Assembly: GCA_044373665.1 (NCBI GenBank)
Contig: JBIPNH010000004.1
Location: forward strand, 1,196-65,195
DNA from: Bacteroidia bacterium
Lineage (GTDB): Bacteria; Bacteroidota; Bacteroidia; NS11-12g; UBA955
Reading direction: 5' to 3'
Length of the DNA stretch: 64,000 bases
Part shown: piece by piece, positions 30,712 to 38,645 of the stretch
Layout of the letters: each line of letters begins with the position of its first letter
Numbering within the stretch: the stretch's first letter is position 1
Program-made: the position numbers and the translations under genes
The notes under the pieces: model-generated
Seen by the model: only the letters and a program-made list of their open reading frames with translations
Database searches by the model: none
What the model was told of the DNA's origin: nothing

Positions 30712-31655
30712 CAGAAAGTATAAATAACTTGCAGTTTCTGTCCTTTAAGTTTTTCGACTGCCGATTCGTAATCGTGGGTAAATCCAAGAATATAGCCACC
30801 ACCACCGCTACCACACAATTTAAGATAATATGAATTACTCTCAATACCTTCTTTCCAAAGGTGTTTGTAATTATCGGGAATCATAGGAGAAAAATTATCA
30901 TAAACCAATTGAGATAAGTGCTTAATAGAACTCATCAATGGTTTAAAATCTTTATTTAAAAACGCATGAATACATTCATCGTTGTATTTCTTAAATTGGT
31001 GTTTAATTAAATTCCTGAAACCTTCATTTTTGCATTTTTCAAGGAAAATAGAAACCATGTTTTGGGTTTGACCGGTAGTACCGCTGTCCATTAAAAAAAT
31101 AGCGCCTTTACCATTGTCATTAGGGGTTGGCAAGCCAACGGTGTCTAGTTTTGTTTTTGACTGAATCAGAACAGGGAGATTTAAATAACAAATTAAAGGA
31201 TCTAAACCAGAGCTTTTTCCATGAAAAAATGATTCCAACTGAGAAAACACTAGTTTAAGTTTTAAGATTTCATCGCCATGTTGATGGGCGTTTACCACAA
31301 TTTTATTAAGACCATAACGGTCGTAGATAGAGGCAACAAGGGCACCACTTGAACCTACACCAAAACCCTGAGGGATTGAACTATCAAAATAAAGCCCTTC
31401 ATTAATCTCTTGTTCAAAAAGAGCAAAATCAAATTGACTTGTTAATGTATTCTGCGACTCTAAAGATTTGAGATAATCAAAAAAGACTTTAATATCGTGA
31501 TTCGACTGAATAGCAAAAGCATCGTTTCGTCCGTCTTTTTTCAACTGACCATTGAATTTATCAAAGGGGATAGAGAGTCCCATTGAATCTTCAATGATGC
31601 CATATTCTCCGAAGAGTAATATTTTGGCGTAAAACAAAGAATCTTTAATATTCAT
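30711..31655 (-). CDS. mvk: mevalonate kinase (GHMP family)
   Basis: 314 aa; N-terminal KILLFGEYGII and GHMP motif PQGFGVGSSGALVASI; C-terminal KLCGSGGGGY. Confidence 0.8.
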   Translation of the reverse strand: MNIKDSLFYAKILLFGEYGIIEDSMGLSIPFDKFNGQLKKDGRNDAFAIQSNHDIKVFFDYLKSLESQNTLTSQFDFALFEQEINEGLYFDSSIPQGFGVGSSGALVASIYDRYGLNKIVVNAHQHGDEILKLKLVFSQLESFFHGKSSGLDPLICYLNLPVLIQSKTKLDTVGLPTPNDNGKGAIFLMDSGTTGQTQNMVSIFLEKCKNEGFRNLIKHQFKKYNDECIHAFLNKDFKPLMSSIKHLSQLVYDNFSPMIPDNYKHLWKEGIESNSYYLKLCGSGGGGYILGFTHDYESAVEKLKGQKLQVIYTF

Positions 31656-31717
31656 TTAAAATCGATTTGCAAATATAACACTTTCATTCACAAATTGTTT
31701 GATTGAATTGTTTAATT

Positions 31718-32290
31718 GTTTATTCGTTTAGGTGTTTATTCGTTGAATTGTGTCACCCTGAGGCTCTCGAAGGGTGTTTATTCGTTTAGAGGTGTCACTG
31801 AGCGAGTTTATGCACTAGGCTGAGCCTAGTCACGTGAGCTAGTTTACCCTTAGTAAAGTTGGTCACTGAGCGAGTTTATACTGAGCGAAGTCGAAGTAAA
31901 GTGCCAACAATTAAAATTCGATATCTTGAGCAAGGTCGTTTCCATACTGAGCAAGGCGTTTCGGCTCCGCTCAACGACCTTGGTGTATGGAAGTTTGGTG
32001 ATTGCGCGATATCCAAATTGGTCACTGAGCGAGTTTATACACTAGGCTGAGCCTAGTCACGTGAGCTAGTTTACCCTTAGTAAAGTTGGTCACTGAGCGA
32101 GTTTATACACTAGGCTGAGCCTAGTCACGTGAGCGAAGTCGAAGTAAAGTTGGTCACTGAGCGGAGTCGAAGTGCCAACAATTAAAATTCGATATCTTGA
32201 GCAAGGCGTTTCGGCACCGCTCAACGACCTTGGTGTATGGAAGTTGATCACTGATCGAGTTTACCCTTAGTTTATCGAGGTAAAGGGAAG
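31718..32290. repeat. composite intergenic repeat region: 8-mer array + GTCA..CTGAG..TCGAAG.. hairpins + duplicated A-A'-B block
   Basis: The region starts with GTTTAATT/GTTTATTC/GTTTAGGT 8-mers (31718-31750) and the hairpin GTCACCCTGAGGCTCTCGAAGGGTG (31752-31776). Unit A (GGTCACTGAGCGAGTTTATACACTAGGCTGAGCCTAGTCACGTGAGCTAGTTTACCCTTAGTAAAGTT, ~67 bp) occurs at 31794-31860, 32020-32087 and 32088-32151, with truncated copies at 31861-31900 and 32152-32171. Unit B (GTGCCAACAATTAAAATTCGATATCTTGAGCAAGG...AACGACCTTGGTGTATGGAAGTT) occurs at 31901-31995 (with a 21-bp internal duplication) and 32172-32245. Both units contain internal inverted repeats (CTAGGC/GCCTAG; CAAGGTCGTT/AACGACCTTG). Confidence 0.85.
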
Positions 32291-32445
32291 TTAAGGGAAG
32301 TTTATGTCATTAGACTTCTGATTATTTGATTTTTAAACCCTTAACTTGCCTCTTATTCTCGAATTAAAGGATATCATTCTTCTTTAACTTAAAAAGATTG
32401 CATTATTTTGACATTCATAAAACCTGTTTAACCACCTTAATGATT

Positions 32446-32453
32446 TACATTTG
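32446..32453 (+). promoter_or_regulatory. candidate -7 promoter box for P4
   Basis: TACATTTG matches TAnnTTTG, 17 nt before ATG 32471. Confidence 0.3.
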
Positions 32454-32470
32454 TATTTAATATAACTAAA

Positions 32471-35400
32471 ATGACACGAAAACCACTCTTACTATTCTTG
32501 TTAATTGCTTGTAAAATAATAAGTTTACACAGTCAACAAATTAGTGGTGGTGAAATTTATTACACACAAATTGATAGTTTTAAATATGCAATTACAGCCC
32601 ATTTATATCGAAAATGTAATTTCAATTCATTAAATTCAGTTAGAGGATATGTTTATGCCAACTCTCTTAAATTAAACATGAATTTGAAACGAATATCCAT
32701 AGAAAACATTAGTGATACTTGCGGCAATCCATGTAACAAAGAAAATAGCTACTCAAACCCTGGACACGAAAAACACACCTACGTAGACACCATTGATTTT
32801 AAAAAATCACCATACAATACCATTTTACAACAAAATATTTGTACCATCCATTTTGGTATCAATGAAAACTTTAGACAAGAGCCCTTAACTACGTTAGATG
32901 ATCATTGGTTCTATATTGATGCTATGGTCAACCTTTGTCATGGAGGCCAATTTGTTAAATCACCTGAGTTTAATATTAAACCCAAATTTGACATTAATTG
33001 CAATAAACCCATGATATACAATCCGGGTGTTGTAAATTTTAACAATGAAGATTCATTGGGATTTGAACTTAGTCCGATTGAATTTGACAAAGGGAAAGCA
33101 ATTTCCTATTCAAACAACTTTTCTATAACCATTCCCGCTACACCATTTTGCCCTCCAAATACGGGTGTTATCAACTGCAGACCTTTACCAAATGCTAAGC
33201 CACCAAGAGGATTTTACTTTGATAAAAATGTTTGTGAAATAATATATACCCCAACAAAATGTGATGAAGTAAGTGCCCTTAAATTTAAAATCAATCAATA
33301 CCGCTACAACAACATAAACAAGCAATATCAATTGATTGGTTATGTTCAAAGAGAAATGGTGCAAAGTGTTTATATTGACATTAAGAATGAACCCCCTAGT
33401 TTCACGGTCAATTCTAACCAACTAAATCTTTGTTCCGACCAAGAAACATGTATTAAAGTTAAAGCAAGTAATTCAAATAATGATTCCGTTTACTTAAACT
33501 GGAATAATACACTTACAAATTCAAATGTGGCATTAACAGATTCTAATACACTGCAAAAAGAAATATCTATTTGTACAACACCACAATCATTTAACAATAG
33601 AACAAAAAAATATTACTTTGCCTTAATTGCTACTAACAAACAATGCAACTCATTTATTTCCAAAGGATTTGTAATTAATGCATTACCAACCATCAAAAGT
33701 AAACTTACAACACAATCAATTATTGGTTGCAATGCTTTGGCACTTGAATTAAAACCCATTAACAAAGACAGTATTGTCCCTAATCAAATTTTGGAATACA
33801 AATACTTAATAAAACATTTGACCACCCAACAAACCACCTTTAGTTCATCTAAACCAATAGATACTTTTAAATTTGAACAAAACGGCAAATATGTTATCGA
33901 ATCTAAACTATATTATAAACAATCCAAATGTGGAATTATTAATTTTGATACGATTGAATTAAATGGCATTTTCCCAATTAGTGATGGCAAAAAAGACAGC
34001 TTAGTCTGCAAAGGCGATACGATTGTATTAGGTGATAAACATTTTGATTTATCACTAGCCAAAGTGAGTTGGGAATTTCCTATAGGCAACACGGTTTCAG
34101 ATTCTAGCAATGTTTTTAAGTTTGTTCAAAATGGCAAGCTAAATAACATCAGAATGCGTTATCAAAACAATCAATGCAACAGCTATCAAGACCTAACTAT
34201 TTATTCAGATTCCAACAACTTTGAAACCAACTTTAAAGACACTAGTATTTGTAATGACAATACCATAACATTAAGCTTGACGAATGTATTTCCTAAAACA
34301 TCAAAAACTTTATGGATTATAAATAATACAGACAGTTCCTTTTTAACAAACTATGGCCCCCTAAAAATAGACAACGACAAACACATTAAAATTCAATTAT
34401 TAAACAATCCCAAATGTATTGAGGAAAAAAATATATGGATAATTGCAAAAGCCTTACCTAAATTTCATTTCACTGATAGTCTTTCTTGTCAAAACACGCC
34501 TAAATCAATCAATCCAAAGTATTTAAATCATACTTTACCCATACTATCGTATTCTTGGGTGATTAACCAAATACCCTTGGCAAATAACAACTCTGACCTT
34601 ACCTATCTTTTCAACAATTCCCAAACTAAAGTTCAGCTAAAAATTAGTGATTCAATTGGATGTTCTTATAGTCAAACAATGAATTTCAAAGCACTTCCTT
34701 CTCCTAAAATTAGCCTCGAAGATTCAGCTTCATGCAGAAGCTTAACCCCTTTTATTTCGGCAATAGACACTTCTAACTCACCACTAAATTATTTCTGGAC
34801 TGTTGATGGTGAAGCATTAATCAACAATAACAAAACACTCTATTACGATTTCAAAAACCAACAATTAATCACTTTAAAAGCTGTAGATACATTTGGATGT
34901 AGTACCGAAAAATCCATGACAACAGCTCTTTTATCACGACCAAAATTTGAAATTGTAGCACCACAATTTTGCGATGGACAAACCATACAAATTAAGTTAA
35001 ACATCAACAATGCCAAAATCATCAAATCATACCAATGGTATATCAACAACATTAAAACTAACGAAACTTTGGGCATACTTACTGGTAAATTTCCCGACAC
35101 AACATTCATTACACATACATTAAAAGACAGCAATCAATGTATTGCTAGTCAATCCATTCAAATTGCCCCCTATAAAGTCAATGTCAGTATCTTAGGTCAA
35201 CTTAACTACAATTACCACGATTATGTAAAATTGAGTACAAACCAAGATTTTAAATCTTATTTATGGAACAATGGCGTTCAAACCAAGAATAATGAGTTTT
35301 GGGCAAAATTATTAGGACCGCCAGGGCAATATACTATCAACTTAAAAGTAAAAGACAGTAACGCATGTGAAGGCATTCATTTCGTTATGGTTAATACCAA

Positions 35401-35647
35401 TCAGTTTACAAACTTACAAGGACTTACCACCACTCCACTCCAAATATTCCCCAACCCTAGCAATGCTTTGTTCACTATCAAATCTACTATCTCTGGGCAG
35501 GTGGAAATATACAATATTGATGGAAAACTGCTTCTCAACTCTCACATCCATGAAGGTGAAAATAGCTTGAATTTAGATACATTCAGTCATGGAATTTATT
35601 TCCTAAAGTTTGAAAGCAAGGCATTTAAATTAGTGTTACAGAAATAA
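32471..35647 (+). CDS. secreted Asn/Cys-rich protein P4 with degenerate Ig/PKD-like modules and T9SS type-A CTD
   Basis: 1058 aa; signal peptide MTRKPLLLFLLIACKIISLHSQ. Unrecognised ~300-aa N-terminal domain, then ~80-aa modules starting with Cys and ending ..GC.. but lacking the FGDG motif. C-terminal LQIFPNPSNALFTIKS...LVLQK. Confidence 0.8.
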   Translation: MTRKPLLLFLLIACKIISLHSQQISGGEIYYTQIDSFKYAITAHLYRKCNFNSLNSVRGYVYANSLKLNMNLKRISIENISDTCGNPCNKENSYSNPGHEKHTYVDTIDFKKSPYNTILQQNICTIHFGINENFRQEPLTTLDDHWFYIDAMVNLCHGGQFVKSPEFNIKPKFDINCNKPMIYNPGVVNFNNEDSLGFELSPIEFDKGKAISYSNNFSITIPATPFCPPNTGVINCRPLPNAKPPRGFYFDKNVCEIIYTPTKCDEVSALKFKINQYRYNNINKQYQLIGYVQREMVQSVYIDIKNEPPSFTVNSNQLNLCSDQETCIKVKASNSNNDSVYLNWNNTLTNSNVALTDSNTLQKEISICTTPQSFNNRTKKYYFALIATNKQCNSFISKGFVINALPTIKSKLTTQSIIGCNALALELKPINKDSIVPNQILEYKYLIKHLTTQQTTFSSSKPIDTFKFEQNGKYVIESKLYYKQSKCGIINFDTIELNGIFPISDGKKDSLVCKGDTIVLGDKHFDLSLAKVSWEFPIGNTVSDSSNVFKFVQNGKLNNIRMRYQNNQCNSYQDLTIYSDSNNFETNFKDTSICNDNTITLSLTNVFPKTSKTLWIINNTDSSFLTNYGPLKIDNDKHIKIQLLNNPKCIEEKNIWIIAKALPKFHFTDSLSCQNTPKSINPKYLNHTLPILSYSWVINQIPLANNNSDLTYLFNNSQTKVQLKISDSIGCSYSQTMNFKALPSPKISLEDSASCRSLTPFISAIDTSNSPLNYFWTVDGEALINNNKTLYYDFKNQQLITLKAVDTFGCSTEKSMTTALLSRPKFEIVAPQFCDGQTIQIKLNINNAKIIKSYQWYINNIKTNETLGILTGKFPDTTFITHTLKDSNQCIASQSIQIAPYKVNVSILGQLNYNYHDYVKLSTNQDFKSYLWNNGVQTKNNEFWAKLLGPPGQYTINLKVKDSNACEGIHFVMVNTNQFTNLQGLTTTPLQIFPNPSNALFTIKSTISGQVEIYNIDGKLLLNSHIHEGENSLNLDTFSHGIYFLKFESKAFKLVLQK

Positions 35648-35740
35648 ATTATTTTTGATTTAGTGATTTTTGATTTTCAATTTTAAATACAATTAACCAT
35701 TAACTTTATAAGATAGCTTTTCTTCGAGAACCAAGGTACC

Positions 35741-35838
35741 TCCGTTGTCGGTATGACAGCCTTTAGATTTAACTAATATTGGAAACAAAAAACAGAGCTG
35801 TCATGTCGACGAAGGAGACATCTCTTCCCGACAGCTTA
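35741..35838. repeat. inverted partial copy + full copy 1 of a 42-bp hairpin repeat
   Basis: GCTGTCATGTCGACGAAGGAGACATCTCTTCCCGACAGCTTA lies at 35797-35838. The reverse complement of 35741-35761 (GGCTGTCATACCGACAACGGA) matches its first 21 nt at 16/21 positions, so the two can form a long hairpin. Confidence 0.8.
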
Positions 35839-35912
35839 CCGATAACTTTCCTTGGCTGATTATATTCAATAAATTTCGGTTCTACAACTTAATTCTCATT
35901 TACTTCGTGTCT

Positions 35913-35946
35913 CTACTTTCTTTTTTCATTGCATAAAAGAAAGTAG
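35913..35946. repeat. perfect 12-bp stem / 10-nt loop hairpin
   Basis: CTACTTTCTTTT-TTCATTGCAT-AAAAGAAAGTAG. No adjacent U-run on either strand, so it is not a canonical terminator. Confidence 0.7.
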
Positions 35947-35960
35947 CAAAGAAAAAGCTA

Positions 35961-36119
35961 GTGCCACAATGAGGCTTTTATTTACAGAGCTAAATAAATT
36001 TTTGAGGGTTTGCTTTTTTTGACCTCTACAGGTGATTTTCTCGAGTCCACTCGAGGAACTTCCTTTGAGGTAACCCAAAAAAATCTAAACCCCCAAAAAC
36101 CACCGCATTGAATGGCACG
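35961..36119. repeat. ~160-bp imperfect palindrome (MITE/REP-like element)
   Basis: Centre TTCTCGAG-TCCA-CTCGAGGAA (36038-36058). Flanking arms are TTTTTGAGGGTTTGCTTTTTTTG and its approximate complement CAAAAAAATCTAAACCCCCAAAAA. Outer arms are GTGCCACAATG (35961) and CATTGAATGGCAC (36107-36119). Confidence 0.6.
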
Positions 36120-36284
36120 TTTAGAACACAAGAAAGATTTTTGATTTATGAATTTTGATTATTGAAATCATCTTTTTGTCATGGTGAGGTTCTCGAACCA
36201 TAGAAAAATAGCATTTAAATTGACTCAAACAAATACTCCAAACTCCCCTCTCCTTCGGTGAGGGGTCGGGGTGAGGTCTCCCCT

Positions 36285-36326
36285 GCTGTCATGTCGACGA
36301 AGGAGACATCTCTTCCCGACAGCTTA
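36285..36326. repeat. copy 2 of the 42-bp hairpin repeat
   Basis: Identical 42 nt to 35797-35838. It is preceded by further hairpins: CCCCTC..GAGGGG (36245-36265) and GTCATGGTGAGGTTCTCGAACCAT (36178-36201). Confidence 0.85.
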
Positions 36327-36399
36327 ACGAAAACACACACCCATATCGCTAATCAACTTTTGCTAAAATTCGATTCTTTAAAAAGCCACAAATTAAACA

Positions 36400-37590
36400 C
36401 TAGTTTGTTTCATTCAACCTTTTTCCTAGGGTCACTCCCATACTCATGCATGCTTGTAACAAATAACCTCCTGTGGGAGCATCCCAATCGAGCATTTCGC
36501 CAATTACATAATGATTGGGCATTCTCTTCAATTGAAAACTTTCATCTACCTCCTCGATCGCTATGCCTCCTGTTGTGGAAATAGCCTCGTCTATAGGTGC
36601 TGAAGCAAGAATCTTTAAAGGTAAACGCTTCAATCTTTCGGCCAATTTATCTATTTCAACATAATCCTCTTTACTAATACTTTGCTTGATTAATTGAATT
36701 TGCATTGGGCTTAAATTCAGGCCAATTTTAAGTGCTTCGCTTGTGTTTTTTGACTTAACTTGTTTTAATTTTTCTCTAATCTGTTCAAGCTTAAACATTG
36801 GTTTTAAATCGAAAAAAACAGTTGAACTAGAATTGATTTTTAACTCATTTTGTATCGCTCTGCTTAAGGCATAAATCGCATTTCCTTCGAGACCGAATTT
36901 TGTTACGACCAACTCTCCTTTTACACTGTGATTTCCTAATGCTAAACTTATATTTTTGAGTGGAAAACCATTGTATTTGTCAATAAACGCCGATTGCCAT
37001 GCCACTTGAAAGGCACAATTAGAGGCTTGAAAAGGCAATGTTGAAATTCCTTTTTCTGTGAAATAAGGCAACCACGTTCCTTTGGAACCTGTTACACTCC
37101 AACTCGCACCACCCAAGGCAAAAACAACTAAATCGGCTTTAACAACTTCTGTTTCATTAAATAACAAATCATTATTTTCTGCCCACCCCGTCCATTGCAT
37201 TTGGGTATTTATTTTAACTTTATTCTGCTCTAGTTTTTGTAGAATAGCATTCAACACCTGAATGGGTTTAATGCCTTTGATGGGATAAACTCTTTTACTA
37301 CTCCCCACAAACGTCTCTATTCCCAATGAATGTAGCCAAGTTCTTAAATCATGGTTTGAAAAAGTTTCTAAAGTTTTGTCCAAAAAACCATTGGGATGGT
37401 ATTGTTGCTTCATTAATTCCAAGTCGGACCCGTGAGTGAGGTTAAAACCACCATCGCCTGCCACCAGAAATTTACGACCAAGTGTTTTGTTTTGCTCGTA
37501 AATACCAACCTCAAATTGACTAAAATCGAGAGTAGCTGCCAGCATTAAAACTGAGGGACCGCCTCCTACTATGGCAACTTTTTGTTTCAA
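36400..37590 (-). CDS. HI0933/BaiN-like FAD flavoprotein (probably the TIGR03862-type subfamily)
   Basis: 396 aa; N-terminal Rossmann VAIVGGGPSVLMLAA, VAGDGGFNLTH, C-terminal TTGGI...VIGEMLDWDAPTGGYLLQ pattern of the HI0933 family. It starts 5 nt after the mvaD stop. Confidence 0.7.
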   Translation of the reverse strand: MKQKVAIVGGGPSVLMLAATLDFSQFEVGIYEQNKTLGRKFLVAGDGGFNLTHGSDLELMKQQYHPNGFLDKTLETFSNHDLRTWLHSLGIETFVGSSKRVYPIKGIKPIQVLNAILQKLEQNKVKINTQMQWTGWAENNDLLFNETEVVKADLVVFALGGASWSVTGSKGTWLPYFTEKGISTLPFQASNCAFQVAWQSAFIDKYNGFPLKNISLALGNHSVKGELVVTKFGLEGNAIYALSRAIQNELKINSSSTVFFDLKPMFKLEQIREKLKQVKSKNTSEALKIGLNLSPMQIQLIKQSISKEDYVEIDKLAERLKRLPLKILASAPIDEAISTTGGIAIEEVDESFQLKRMPNHYVIGEMLDWDAPTGGYLLQACMSMGVTLGKRLNETN

Positions 37591-37595
37591 ATAAA

Positions 37596-38645
37596 TTAAA
37601 CGATGAGGGATGGACCAGTCCCAATTTTATTGTCGTAAAACAAACCATTTTCGCAATGTTGAACCAATTCATTGGCAATAAAATTCTGCACATTTGTTTT
37701 CTCCATTTCGGGATATAACAAATGCACATTGGCTCCAGCATCTAAGGTAAACATTACATTCACTGCTGTTTGATTTCTATAGTCTATTACCTTTTCAATA
37801 ATTTGCAATGTTTGCGGTTTCATTAAAATAAACGGTGTTGGTGAACTCATCATCAAAGAGTGCAACATTAAGGCTTCTGATTCTACCAATTGTATAAATG
37901 CAGCCATGTCTCCACCCTTCAATATAGACATTAACAAATCAATATTTTGATAGGCAGTTTCGTATCTTTTTTCTGCAAAAGGATGTTGTTTTAATAATGC
38001 ATGTCCCATCGTACTTGAAACCGCTTTCTTGCCTTTTTCTACGATTAAAATACTGTCCATCATGTTTTTGAAATGTGGATGAACTATGTTATCAATATTC
38101 ACCGCATATTCATCATGACTTCCTGCTATACTATTACTTTGCCCCCATGCATTGTAACCTCCATAAACACTGCGACAAGCACTTCCCGACCCTATCCTTG
38201 CCCAATAAGAAGCCGTTTGGAAAAAGTGAGGTAAAGATTCGCCTGTGATGGCTTCGTGCAATGAGCATAAATTTAAAGCTAAAGCACTATAGGCAGACGC
38301 TGAAGACGCTATACCACTGCTGTGTGGAAAGGTATTGCTAGAATGAATGATAACGTGGTAATGTTGCAACCATTTAAAATAAGTAATTGCATGGTTTAAA
38401 AAAGGTTTTAACTTTTCTTCAAAACTCGGGTTTTTGGTGTCTTCGAAATAAAACTCAAAACTTAACTCATTCTGATTTTCATCATAAATAGCCTGCATAC
38501 TGGTATCACTTATGGCCTTATCGAGTGTAATACTGATGGAGGGATTACAAGGAATCTGCAAATCTTTCTTACCCCAATATTTTACTAAGGCTATATTTGA
38601 CGGACTTTGCCATCTGCTTACTACTTCTATTTTTTGATAATTCAT
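37596..38645 (-). CDS. mvaD: diphosphomevalonate decarboxylase
   Basis: 349 aa; SPSNIALVKYWGKKD N-terminus, GHMP motif SGIASSASAYSALAL, GSGSACRS. Its ATG overlaps the upstream kinase stop (ATGA). Confidence 0.85.
   Translation of the reverse strand: MNYQKIEVVSRWQSPSNIALVKYWGKKDLQIPCNPSISITLDKAISDTSMQAIYDENQNELSFEFYFEDTKNPSFEEKLKPFLNHAITYFKWLQHYHVIIHSSNTFPHSSGIASSASAYSALALNLCSLHEAITGESLPHFFQTASYWARIGSGSACRSVYGGYNAWGQSNSIAGSHDEYAVNIDNIVHPHFKNMMDSILIVEKGKKAVSSTMGHALLKQHPFAEKRYETAYQNIDLLMSILKGGDMAAFIQLVESEALMLHSLMMSSPTPFILMKPQTLQIIEKVIDYRNQTAVNVMFTLDAGANVHLLYPEMEKTNVQNFIANELVQHCENGLFYDNKIGTGPSLIV

Noticed and set aside
31859-32050. 63-aa ORF (MVTERVYTERSRSK...) from the track
   Set aside because: It lies entirely within repeat units A and B. 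Its sequence is just the translated repeat (VTERVYT appears twice), so it is spurious.
31794-32245. Direct repeats that could be mistaken for a CRISPR array
   Set aside because: The units are 67-95 bp, directly abut each other or alternate with a second repeat type, have no uniform unique spacers, and no cas genes are present.
31656-36399. Classical mobile genetic element (IS, transposon, integrative island) carrying P4
   Set aside because: There is no transposase, integrase, recombinase or tRNA attachment site, and I could not identify clean terminal inverted repeats or target-site duplications bracketing the whole insert. Only small non-autonomous-looking repeats are present.
36258-36584. 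108-aa plus-strand ORF (MRGRGEVSPAVMSTKETSL...)
   Set aside because: It starts in hairpin repeats and then runs antisense to the 3' end of the well-supported flavoprotein gene.
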